From the NCBI GenBank assembly GCA_000934665.2, contig JYFJ02003504.1, positions 1-40,722 of the forward strand: a DNA stretch of 40,722 bases, written 5' to 3'. The position numbers were made by a program, and so were the translations under genes. This stretch comes from Catajapyx aquilonaris (Eukaryota). Each line of letters begins with the position of its first letter. The stretch's first letter is position 1. Below the pieces are notes generated by a model. That model saw only the letters and a program-made list of their open reading frames with translations, was not told where the DNA came from and did not search any database. Of the stretch, positions 23,782-35,800 are shown one piece after another.

Positions 23782-25270
23782 AATGCAAGTTAATTCAACA
23801 GATTTGGATCATAATCCAGCAGTCAGAAACAAACTGTTGAAAAAGTTTGTATACACCTGTGATTGGAGATTTGGAGCAGGAAAATAAAAAAAAGTGACAT
23901 TGCAACATTTGTTCGGATTTAAGCCGAAAGGTAACGCTACACCCTTTCTTTATTGATCATTTGTTTGATCTCCTCCATTGATTTGGGGCACAGATGACGA
24001 AAAAACCCAACAACAGGGTGGGCCACAATTAAAAACCAGAGCATGTCGTCTCCAACCCCTGACCGTTTTTTTTTCTCCCTATTAAGGGAGAGTCACATCA
24101 TCATTCAAGTTGTGGGGGGGGGCATATAAGGTCAGCTGTGACATCCCCTAAAGGTCAGGTCAGGAGAGGGAGGCCCCCAACAAAGCTTGTTTTACTAAAA
24201 ATACAAACGAGAGGAGAGGGGGGTAAAGGGCGTTACGAAAATCTGTGACCTGCAGGTCATATCCCTGCAGGGTGGAAGCAGATTGACACAAATTAAAAAC
24301 ATTTGGTGCCAGGTGAAGGTTTTAAAGGGAGAGGGAGGCTGTATAGGAAAACTCATGTCTCATTCTTGCGTTTCATTCACTTTGAAAAAGAAAAATTCTG
24401 TCACGCCTCACATCCTTCGGTATGTTCACAAAAAAACGCATCATATAAAATATAATATAGCAATCGTCGCTCCCTGGACCAAGCTACAGGCGTACCACAG
24501 TGTTATCGTCGTCTTTCATTGGTTTGTGATTACTTACTTACTTAGGTAGTTATATATTATTATTATTATTATTTAATGGTTATGTAATAGCGAGTTTTTC
24601 TTAAAATTGGAAACAACGATGCTTCCTGCAAATACTCTCACTTAATTACAGCTGCTACGAACATGGCCAAAAACCTATGCCTTCATCAAAAAATCTGTAT
24701 AGGAGAGGTGGATGGGGTATGGGATATAATCGGAGCAAGCGATAATGAAGTGTATTATAATTCGGGTTAACTAGAAGCTACAAATTCTTCTTTTTTTGCG
24801 CCTAACATTTCTTTAGTGTCACGTGGCATGAGCAATGCAGCACTTTGTCGTTAATATTATTCCCTTTCACCCTTCCTTCGAGGCTTTCAACGCAAGGACA
24901 CTGGAGGATCTTCGTTTTGTTGGAACCAATAGGTGACTAGAGGATGGAAGGGGAAAAGAAAAATTTGGCCGAAAACAATAAACATCGCCAACACCAGCGG
25001 GGATGGAGTATTACCTTTTGTTTTTGGATGCGGGGGAAAGGGTTGAGATTCTGGCAACATTTCTTTTTTGTTTTGGTCACTGGTGAGTTTCTGGTCCAAG
25101 CTTGAGAAAGAAGGTCCCACTGATCGACACTCAGGGAGAGAGAAAAAGAAATGCGACGGAAATGCAAAGAAAAGGCAGCAGCCCCACCACCTAATTATTT
25201 CTGTAATAATATGCGCGCTGCTGGCCACCTTAGTTATGAATAATTACTCGGGTCTTTTTTAAAAATCTTT

Positions 25271-25469
25271 TCACTCCTTCCCGTCCCTCTTGAGTTGCTT
25301 CTCTTCCACCATGAATCGGTCCATGGCTTCTCTCATTGCATCAGACATCTCCTCTGGGTTGCCCTCTGCCACTGTGGTCACCGTCTCGGTCACTTCTTCG
25401 CCGTCCTCTCCCGTCCGGGTCACCGTGTGGGTGGTCACCACTCTGCCAAACACACCAAGAGTCACGTCA
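25271..25469 (-). CDS. Terminal coding exon of the giant gene (..VVTTHTVTRTGEDGEEVTETVTTVAEGNPEEMSDAMREAMDRFMVEEKQLKRDGKE*)
   Basis: The phase-2 acceptor cattttag starts the exon at 25469; an alternative in-frame acceptor tggcag starts it at 25442. The stop TGA is at 25273-25271. It is a GC-rich coding island in AT-rich flanks. Confidence 0.7.
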
Positions 25470-25529
25470 CTAAAATGTAATTACTTCTAACGTACTGCTA
25501 TCTTTACTACTTTACTTTAATTCATTACT

Positions 25530-25847
25530 AACTTTAGTAGTACTTTAGTAGTACTTTAGTCATACTTTAGTAGCACTATAGTAGTAGTACTTTAGTAGCA
25601 CTATAGTAGTAGTACTTTAGTAGCACTACAGTAGTAGTACTTTAGTAGCAGTACTATAGTAGTAGTACTTTAGTAGCAGTACTTTAGTAGTACTAGTACT
25701 ATACTAGTACTTTAGTAGCAGTACTATAGTAGTAGTACTTTAGTAGCAGTACTATAGTAGTAGTACTTTAGTAGCAGTACTATAGTAGTAGTACTTTAGT
25801 AGCAGTACTATAGTAGTAGTACTTTAGTAGCAGTACTATAGTAGTAN
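25530..25847. repeat. Minisatellite (~28-bp unit TAGTAGCAGTACTATAGTAGTAGTACTT) ending at an N
   Basis: Tandem TAG/TAC-rich units. The N at 25847 suggests an unresolved or collapsed array. Confidence 0.9.
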
Positions 25848-25999
25848 TACGTAACGCAAGTGTTGCCTACGTGCACAAGAGTATTTTATTATAACAATGC
25901 CAGGATGCATGCACTGCATGCTTAATCCATTTCATGTAATGTGTGGGTATTGTTACAATAAAATACGCTAGTACATGTCTGCAAAACCTGCGTTACGTA
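25848..25999. mobile_element. MITE-like hairpin with ~54-bp imperfect arms in the last intron of the giant gene
   Basis: TACGTAACGCA...GTATTTTATTATAACAAT versus ATTGTTACAATAAAATAC...TGCGTTACGTA. Confidence 0.65.
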
Positions 26000-26140
26000 C
26001 GGACAATATGGCCGCCTTTCGTGGAATTGCCCTGCTACTAATGTACGGTACTACTAAAGTACTGCTACTATTACTACTACTTAAAAGTAGGTCACCACAT
26101 ACACTTCTGAAGGTGAGCTAGACACAAAATGAAGACTCAC

Positions 26141-26231
26141 CTGGAATACGCGGTTCCGTCTCCAACATCCGGTGGCGGAAACTCTTCGACGTGAACAGGC
26201 TGCATCACTTCTCGATGAATCGTTTCCACTT
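26141..26231 (-). CDS. 91-nt penultimate exon (EVETIHREVMQPVHVEEFPPPDVGDGTAYS), phase 1-2
   Basis: Acceptor ctctttctctcgaattttccccag and consensus donor CAG|GTGAGT. It connects in frame to the last exon. Confidence 0.7.
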
Positions 26232-27076
26232 CTGGGGAAAATTCGAGAGAAAGAGCGAAAGGGTCAGTCGCTTGCAACAATGCAGAGTAGGTTTAGTAAC
26301 AATGATGATGTCAACGTGACAAACACGGGTCTTCAAATATCACACAAGTCGAGAAACATCACAGAGCAGAATGGGGACACTTTTATAAGCGAGAAAAACG
26401 ACCTTGGTAGATGGACAAGTAGAAGACGGAAGGGGAAAAAATGCAAAACACCAATGGATCAATCCTTTGTGTAGAGATGATGGTCATGTAGTGATGATGA
26501 TGTCGTATGTGGATGACTGGCTGTTAAAATAATGAGGGGGTTGTGCCATGTCATTAATGTTGTTGCATTGCTTGAATCAAGAGGGTAAGTGATCAGCTTG
26601 AACCTTGGTCGCATATGAGATGATTTGGGGGCAGTCATATTATTACCATCCGGGTTATTATCTTATGTTGATCGACTCTAAAACCGGTTCGAGGCAAGTA
26701 GTACTGCTAGTGGGCACAAACAAACAACTCGAGTCCACAGCTGTTGACGGTAACTAAACCAAGCTGTCAACACGCGCTGCCTTCTGAACAAAATTATATG
26801 AGCTTATGTCACGGTAAAACAAACTGTCTTGTAATCTGCACAGAAATTCGTATACATATTGATATGATATTGATCAACTATTGGCAGGTTCGGGCTAAAT
26901 TCAGTTTCCTGGTGGTCTGATGTAAACGGTGTTAATGTGTCATCCTGAATGACGTGTTCTTTTTAAATCCATGCAGAGAGAGATAGAGAGCAGAGAGACA
27001 GGTAACAAATGATTGTTTTGATCCTTCAAGAGCTGTACAAAGGAGCAGCAACAGTCAGAGTTGAACCAGAACTGAC

Positions 27077-27217
27077 CCCCTGAGGCACCCTGGGTGCTGC
27101 TGGAGAGATCGAGCAGCCAATCGTGCTCGTGTATGTCCACGTCCACGTGATCCTCTGCGTCTTCATCTATGCTTGGTGCACCAGGCACTGAGGAGGAGGA
27201 AGTGGTGGTGGTGCAAG
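27077..27217 (-). CDS. 141-nt phase 1-1 exon (ACTTTTSSSSVPGAPSIDEDAEDH...QGASG)
   Basis: Acceptor ...cttttggttttcgcctgtag and donor GGG|GTCAGT. The frame is open and the composition matches the rest of the gene. Confidence 0.6.
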
Positions 27218-28952
27218 CTACAGGCGAAAACCAAAAGCAGGGGAGGGAAAACATATGTATACTATTATATGGATTTTTTGGGGGGGTTGGGATTAACTAT
27301 AGAGTAATCGGAACCCTAACAAATAGTACAGGATTTTACCAAGAGAGAAAACGATAAGGTCTAGTGGGTGACCTTCAATGGGATTGTTCTGCCCTTCCTC
27401 TCTGGTGATATCAGGGCAGATCAGATAGTTATACACAGTGTGCGTGATGCGGGGATACAGTTCACAGGAAGAGGGTTAGGCTGCTGTTACCAAGAACACC
27501 AAAGATTTCTCGTGTCAGATAACATTGTAATATCTAAGCCAAGAATTAGCTTTTTTAAAAAATATGCAAGCTACAATAGCATCAACTAGACTAATAATGG
27601 CAGTAAACTGCAATCAACGTGACCACATAAATATTTTTAAGGTAATGTAATTACAAATTTATACCAAATAAAACTGTTATGCTATTTCAATTGCAACAAG
27701 TAATGAAATTTACATTTTTAACACACAAAATGATCCCATCATCATAGCATAAAATTTACATATTACTCTAAGAAAGGCAATAAAATATGATTTGTAGCTA
27801 ATAATAAAATTATTGTAAAATATCATTCCTCGTGACAATGTGTGTGGAAGCAACAGGTTAACCTCCTCGAGTTATGTAACCTAATGATCTTAATAGTAGC
27901 ATGAAAGTAAACTATCATAACGTAATGGTTGTCACGTTACGTAAGATAATCGCACAAATTGCTCTAAACATCCAAGTGCATCACAATGACATTCACAGCT
28001 GAAGCACAATGAGATTTTTTCCCCCTTTGCATTATTAAAATCTACGGGGCATGCCAACAGCATGCAGCAAAAATAATTTCAAGGACAATAATTATTATGG
28101 CAAGCCAGCAGGAGGCATGTTGGACAGTCTCAATATCAACATTAATGCTGTCCAAAATGATTCTTTTTTATATAAAATTCATAAAATTCACTCCTTGGGT
28201 CATGTGTGATGGACAGATGAGAATAGTGACTATAACAATTGTGCGAAAAGACTCTTATCCCTACACAATGAGATTGTGTCTGCAACAAGAAAGAATTAGT
28301 GTCCAATTCCTATATACGAGGAGGGGGATGATGCTATGAAAAAAACCTGAATGATGAAATGATCGTCATCAGAAACAAAGGGGATTGCACCCAACAAATA
28401 TTTTTAATCCCGGGACACGGGGGGGAGGGACATGACCATCTCAGGCTTGTAAAATGTCTCCAGAGGGATACGGAAAGGAGTTAAATGAAACTGCCAACAA
28501 TGCAAATAATAATTGATAAAATTAACGTAACGCTGGTGAATTAGCCGCTAAGTTTCTATAGCTTCATTGCTAATGCAAACGTACTTTTTTTTCTCCTTGT
28601 GATCAATAATATGGCAGAAACTCTGCTTTATAACAGGCTCCAATAACACCGCCTTTGCCATCATTTTTTCTTAACAATGATAATAATGGCATGGCGTAAT
28701 TTGGACCATTAAAACATACTTTTTTAAAATGAAATTATCCGGAATGTGTAAGGAATGAAATGTGGTGCTCATGAACTCAAATCCTGAGCGTACTACTTTT
28801 GACACAAACTCTATTTTTCTATCTCATTCGGAACAAAACCAATCAAACAGGCAAAATGCAATAAAAAAGCGAACATAACCACTTTCCTCTTTTCGTAATG
28901 ATAAGAAGGCAGCAATAAGTAATGAAAATGTGAAAAAAGAGTAGGTATTAAC

Positions 28953-29009
28953 CTCGTGGTGTGGCCGCATAGGCTGCTTCCTCTGTCCAGGGAGAGCTGT
29001 CAGTGCCAC
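28953..29009 (-). CDS. 57-nt phase 1-1 exon (GGTDSSPWTEEAAYAATPR)
   Basis: Strong pyrimidine tract tttttctcttttcctccccttcttcctgtag and donor GAG|GTTAAT. The frame is preserved. Confidence 0.62.
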
Positions 29010-29882
29010 CTACAGGAAGAAGGGGAGGAAAAGAGAAAAAGCGCCAGGTTAGATCAAAGGATGGCCAAAATACTTAGCTTTTTTATGTTTTGTTTGTTTT
29101 TTTGTAATGTTTTTTTAAATACATAAATGGCAAACCGAATTCAGCTCAGGCAGGAAATAATTTCTGGCGGAGAAAAAAAAATTAAACGCGAAATTATACT
29201 TTCGTGTTTTCCTTCCTAACTTTTTTTTTTTCTCCTGGCGCCAGCACACACACGAGTTTTTTCTTTTCTTTCAAAAACCAAAATTTAAAGGGCAGCATCT
29301 CGCCTTTTTTTTGGAACATAAATTACAAGGAAATGTATTCAAAAATGTATCAAAGTCAAGAGTTCTACTTGTCGATGAACAATTTGTCGTTACACTCGCT
29401 CCAAGAAGTGCATGCATGGTGGTGTTTTTCACTTACTAAAATTACGTTCCTTCATCATCATCTTTTAAATATGATAACGTTTAAACAAACGTGTCCACCT
29501 AAGCAAACAATACAAAAGAATAAAGCAGAAATCAAAAAAGTGGCCACCAATATGAAACGCAACAGGAACTGAAATAAAAATGAACAAGTACGTGGTGCAA
29601 CCGGACACAAGTGATCACTCATTTCCATCAAACTAAAATAAAAAGGAGTGGAACAAAAAAATTATACACATATCAAATACTGAACCAAGAAAACGTGGCG
29701 TCAGGGGGAATGGTGAACGAAACCAAGTAAATATATTTTTGTGAGGGAAGGGGGGAGGGTTCGCAAATGTTGTCGTCCAGCAGAAACAAACCACAGGCCC
29801 AAAAAACCCAAAAATCAAAAACAGGCAGAACCAAAAGAGGTGAGTATACACAGGAGACGAGTCGTAGCTACTGGGCCTCTAC

Positions 29883-32800
29883 CTGCTGAAGTACTACAAG
29901 TTAGTCCCGGCTCGGGATGTCGGTGATGGGTGGTTGTGGTGGAGGTTGTGGACAGAGAGGTGCCAACAGGGTCTCCGGAAGATGAAGAAGAAGAAGAAGG
30001 GTGGTAATGGTGGTGGTAATGGTGGGCTGTGGGACGGTCCTTGGGTTCATCAGTCTCCGAGTCTCGAGTCAGTGTGTCAGTCTTGGGTGCAACTCGTACC
30101 ACCTTCTTTCTTCGAACAACTCTCTTCACAGTCCCGCCTTCGTGGATTGTCTCTTCCTCTTCTTCCTCTTCCTCCTCTTCCGTCTCCTGCTTTTGAGCCA
30201 TTCGTCTAAGGTACGCCTCGAGTTGAGCCTCAGGGTCAGACCCTGCGTCCGTCTCGACCACAAACCTCTTCTGGACCACGCGGGTCACATGAACATTCCC
30301 ATGCTCATCCGTCTCTTCCTGCTCCTGGATGAGTTCTCCAGGTCTGAACCTTTCGATGTAGTCCTCCACTTGTTTCTGGGCGTCCGGACCTGTGAAGGTC
30401 AGTCTCTGAATCTCAGGAGGCATTGCCACTGTGCGGTGTATCTCCTGGGCATACTCCGGGTCGTCGTCGCGAGAGTCTCTCCTGTAATATGTTCCTTCAG
30501 CACCGCGAAGAAGACCTTCGACCACTTTGTCAGGGTCAAGGTGCATCATGTGACCTTCGGATCCGGCGGCGGCTGCGGCGGCTGCAGCTGCTTGATCCAG
30601 AGCATCAGTGCTGGATACCATAGTGTTGGAACCTCCACTGGTGAAACTGGAGGACATGACAGAGTCGGTCTCACACTGGTAGGTAGCGTGTGTGGCCGTG
30701 GAGGAACTAGGCTCTAATGAATCGGTGCTTCCGGTCATTAGGAGGTCACGAGGCAACCCCATGGCCTTATCACCACTGTCGTCCTTCCCACTAGAGCTGA
30801 GGTCTCCTTCGCGCCCACTGGAGCTGCTTTGATCCTGAGCAGCAGCCATGTCTTTGGGAGAATCCGAATCAGCGTCTGGCTCTGAAGGTGGCGGTCTGGA
30901 GGCGCCTTCGACCTCTTCGACCGCCTCGCCACGTCTGTCCTCCTCGATCGAGTCCACACTACGGGTCAGGCCTCCAGAGTAGGCGTCTCCGGACCTGCAT
31001 GGACCGGCGGTGGTTGAGGCACTAGCGCCCAGCTCCAGGGAATCGGTGGAGGTGGTCATCACTCTGGAGGGAAGGTCGAGCGAGTCTGTGGACGTGGTCA
31101 TCATCTTCGTGTGCATCTCAATCGAGTCGGCCGAGGTGGTCATGGCTGACCTCTTGGCCGCTCCTTCCATCTCTATTGAATCTAACGAGGCTGTCATCGG
31201 ATCATCCTTGGTCTTTCCTGGGTCCAAAGAGTCTATGCTTTTGCCCATCGTGTCTTCCTCTCTGGTTCCGGCCTGGTATTCGATTGAGTCTGCCGAGGTG
31301 GTCATCACGTCTCCGGATTTTGTTTTCATCTCCAGCGAGTCTGTACTGGATTGCATCTGAGGGGCAGGAGGTTTGTCGCCCGATGATTCTACAAACGAAT
31401 CGTCGTCGTATGACCTGCCTTTCAGTGACTCGATGTCAAAGTGGGTGATGGTCGAACTTTGACCCGAGCCGCCGCTCATGGTTCGCGACGCAGGCAAGTG
31501 CGGTATGGTACGGAAGCCCTCAGGAGGAAGAATCTGATGAGGCAAGCTCGAGTCCAGATCCAGATCAGGCAAGTGCTCCTCTTCTAGGGAATCAGCATCA
31601 CCATCATCCCTCCCAATGGACTCGGTCTTATCCACGAGACTGCTGGCTGTGTCCCCTCCTAAGCTTTCCATCACTTCTCCAAGTGGAAGACCCAGAGGTC
31701 CGCTGCTGGTCGTCATGCTGCCGTCCCTGTCAAAATTCTCCACATTGGTCTGCGCCTGCCTGATTATCTCGTCAATCTCGAACATTCTCTTCTCGTAATC
31801 GTCTCCTTCTGATTCGTTATCAGTGTCAGTCGCTTGACCCGCTTCGGACAGAGTCTCTCTTCCCTCAGACTCGGACAGCTGGCTCTCATGTCCCTCCTCG
31901 ATTTCGGACAAGATGGCCTCTTCCTCCTGCGCTTTCTGCTCTATGGTCTCAGCCTCTATGCAGGCGCTTTCCAGTCGCTCGAACTCGTTCAGCGACGACA
32001 AGGACACATCGTCGCCCTGCCCACTACGACTTGGACGACGCCCGTTTAGCGAGTCCTGAGAACCAGAGCTTTGCCTTCGAACCGTGTCCATATCGAACTC
32101 CTGCTCAAGTTTCTCAAACTCCTGGAGGGAGCCCATGGATATGTCATCATGTTCACCGCTCCTTGTGAAAAACTTGCGTCCGGCCAAGACATCATACTCT
32201 GGAGTGCTGCTCAGAGACTCGGCTTTGCAGCGATCCAGATCTCTCCTTTCCAGGTCATCAGACTCGTCTTCCTGAGTCTCCTCAATGTCTTCTAGAGGCT
32301 GCCTGTAAACCTGGTCTGGCTCCGCGTCATAGCCCATGTCATACCCAGGGTCACCCACAGGCCTGTCAAATTGCATCTCCATCCATCGCTTGCTGTCTTG
32401 CACTTCGTACTCGTAATCCTCTGGATAACCGGACCGTTCAAATGACATTTCGTATGCATAAGCCGCATCGTCCCTTTCGGTTGGGACAGCATCGTCGTGC
32501 TCTAACATCTCTGTTTCTTCCTCTGAAGGAAAGAACTTGACGTCTGTCGGCTGTGCGGAGAGTGGAGCAGGAGAAAGAGGCTCGTCCGATTCCGTCAGTG
32601 GACGGCCGTCTTTGACCGACGTGTCTGTATCTTCCTCCAGGACAACCACGTACTCATCCGCCGCCATGTCAGTCAACTCCGATTTCTCGATCATCTCAAA
32701 CGATTCAGTTGACAATGACTTGAGCTGCATCTGACCTTCGCCAGATCCGTCTGAACCTCCTGGAAGATGCTGCTCCTCGGTCAGCATTGTCATTCCCATC

Positions 32801-35800
32801 CGTTCCAACACTTCTGCCTGCAGCTCAATTTCAGGTTCTTCCATAATAGCGTCGCCCATGTCCTCTTCCTCCAGAACATACTCTCGGCCCTGGTCAGTTT
32901 CAGTCTCCGACGACTTTTCTGACGCGTGGCTCGATCCGGAAGCTGGAGTCTGAGGAGTCGACTTACTGCTGGCACATTCCGGAAAGTCCTCCTCTCTATC
33001 CAGATCTGGGTACCTGAAGTCCTTGTGCACTGTCGGGCTGTGTTGGGTGATGGTAATGTCAGGAACATTCACATCAGTCAAGGGGGCCAGAGTGAGCCAG
33101 GTTTTCTCGTGAGGATACTTTCCTCTAGTTTCCAGCTCATGTTTCTCCTCAGGTTCTTCCTTGAGGGGGTCCAATGGCCGCTTCTCGTGACTTATTTCAA
33201 TCCGTTCGTCGTGATACACAGCGGCCTCAGACTCGGCCAGTTCATGCGACTGCCACTCGCGACTGTCACCGTGGGTCGCATATTCGGCTGCCCTACTACA
33301 GGCCCCTGAGTACTCAGACTCCAGCTCACTCACGCTCGCCTGCGCTTCTGATGAGAATTCGGGAGTGTCGTCCTTTATCTCATAGTCTTCGACAGGTTCT
33401 GGAGTGCTGGGACGCTCCAGAGGCTCTTCCTGATGCACCTCACTGGTCATCTCCATAATCTCTGTGATCTCAAGCTCAGGGTGGTCGTCGGAAAAGGCAA
33501 CGTCAGCCGACACTGGTCTTAGGTCGGTGTCGGACACGATGGAAGCAGGTCGACTGTCCTCTCTCTGCTCTGACTCTGGCTGTTCCATATCTGCCGCTGC
33601 TTCCTTCTCCTTCTTTCGTCCTCTAAGCAGCGCCTGGTCCGCTTCCGTTTCATACGACTCCTCCTCAGCTTCGTCCACATCTTTCATCTCCATGTCCAGA
33701 CCTTCCTTGGTTGTCAGGCTTTGCTCGGGCTCCTTGTATTTGTCGCTTTCTGGAGCGTCTTCAGCGGACGTGACGACTGACTCTTCGGGTCTTGGTCTGC
33801 TCATGGTGGTGGTGGTGACTGGGCCTTCATGCCTGGCAACGGACTCGGTCATCACCAGCTCGCGAACAAAGGAGTAAGTTCCGTCGCTGACACTCTCGTT
33901 CCGCCTGTGTCGACGTCGCTCGACGCGTTCGCCAGCTGGTGCCGTCCTTTCCCCTGTCGGAGCGTCGGTTTCTCCGCCTTGTGCAGGACCGCTGGCGTCG
34001 GCAGGACGGTCCATGTCGTCGTACTCGGGAACATAGTCCACCTCCGTCGGTCCGTTGCTGTGAGCGTACACTTCTTGATTGTCGTCGTCGTCGTCGTCGT
34101 CGTCCTCCCCTCCTTCCGTGGTGTCGGCGTATGATTCGGAAGTGACCTGGGTGCAGACGCTGGGGCCGCCGTCGCCCTCACCGCTGGGGATAGAGGACGT
34201 GGTAATGGTGACTGATTGCATGGCCAGGTTGGGTGGGGAGGGTGGGTAAGTAGTTGTGCTGACCTCGCTGGTGGTTGTGGTGCTGGTGGTGGCGGCTGAC
34301 GTCGTCGACGCCTCTGAGGTGGGAAGGAGGGCTGTGGAAGCGGTGGGCGACGCTGGGAGGGACGGCTCCTGGCGACCCTCAGCAGTGCTCAGCTGCTCCG
34401 ATGTGGCCGAGCTGGTCATGGCGCTCAGCTGCTCCACCAGCTCAGAGTCGGTCAGCGACGCCTGGTGGCTGGCCGCCTGTATCACCGTCCGAAGCGTCGA
34501 TTCGGACAGGCTGGACAAACTGCTGTGGCCTCCGTCGTCAACGCTTGAACTCAGCGTCACAGACATGTCGTCAATTGACTCCCCCATCACCGGAGCTTCG
34601 GGCTGGGACATTGGCGATTCCGAATGCGGACTCTCGGTGTGGATGGGTTTCGGCTCAGGATGGAAGGTCATCTCGATTGACCTCTTCATTTTGGGTGCAG
34701 GCGACTCCTCAAATGTTGCAGGGTGGAAGTCGCCGGAGGTTTTGTGGGCCGAGGTGTCTGCAGTCGGCTCGGTCGTCATTCGCGGTTGGAAGCCTTCGGA
34801 TATCATTTCGAAAGAGGTGGGCATATCCTCCTCCCTGGGCGTCAGAGCCCGTATGACGTGAGGAGGTATTTCCCTCTCGTACGGCTCCACGAACCTGTCT
34901 TCCGCCGCCTCGTCGTCGTCCATGACAGGAGTCTCAACCTCCCTCTCCATGTCTCTCTCCAGCTCAAGAGCGGACGGAACGAGGGTCTCTGAGGTTTCGC
35001 TGGAAGCTTCTACACTAGCTAGATGCCCGGAACTCTCAGAGCTCTCGATCGACTTCATGGACTCCCTTGAGCTGAGGGAGCTGACAGCAGTGTGGTACTC
35101 CTGAGACGTGGTGGTGGTGGCGACGGAGTGGTCTTGAGACGTGAGAGCCGACTCGTAGTCGGAAGAGCCAGCTGTCCCTGAACCGGCGATTAAGGCTTCG
35201 ACGTCTGATGAACATGGTCTGCTCATGGTGCGACCGCTCTCTGAGGTCTGCTCGAACGAGTGGTACCGACTTTCGCTGGAGCTGGACCAACCTTCGAAGT
35301 CGGCTCCAGAGCGTCGGTCCGCCTTAAGAGCGATGCCTCTCTCGTCTCTAGATCCCGAACTAGTGGAAGACTCAGCGTCAGATTTTCTGTCCGCTTTTGG
35401 GGATTTGTGGCTGCGAATCACAACGACCGTGTCTTTAGCCTCCAACCTCTCCTCTGCAGTGGAGTACTCTGTCGAAGATCTCTTGTGCTCTTCGTCAGAA
35501 GAGGTCCGTGTCAACCTGTCGTCTTTCTTCTCAACGACTTCGGTGGAAAATCTGTCAGTCTTTTCTTCTGACTTTTCCACTTTCTGGCTGACTGAATGAA
35601 CCTTCTCTCGGGTCTCTGAACCATTGTCGCGGAAGGTTGTTGTTTTTCTCGAGCTCTCCTCCGATTTTTTGGATTCGGAAGCAGTAGCTTCCTTGTGCTC
35701 TTCCTCCTTCGCATGTGACTCTACGGTCCCTTCTGGACTTTCTTCAACAGAGGCCTCCTGCACCCTAACAGAAATCTTCTCCCTGTGATCACGCTTTTCT

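Noticed and set aside
25530..25847. Regular ~28-bp repeats resembling a CRISPR array
   Set aside because: There are no unique spacers and no cas genes, and the context is a eukaryotic intron.
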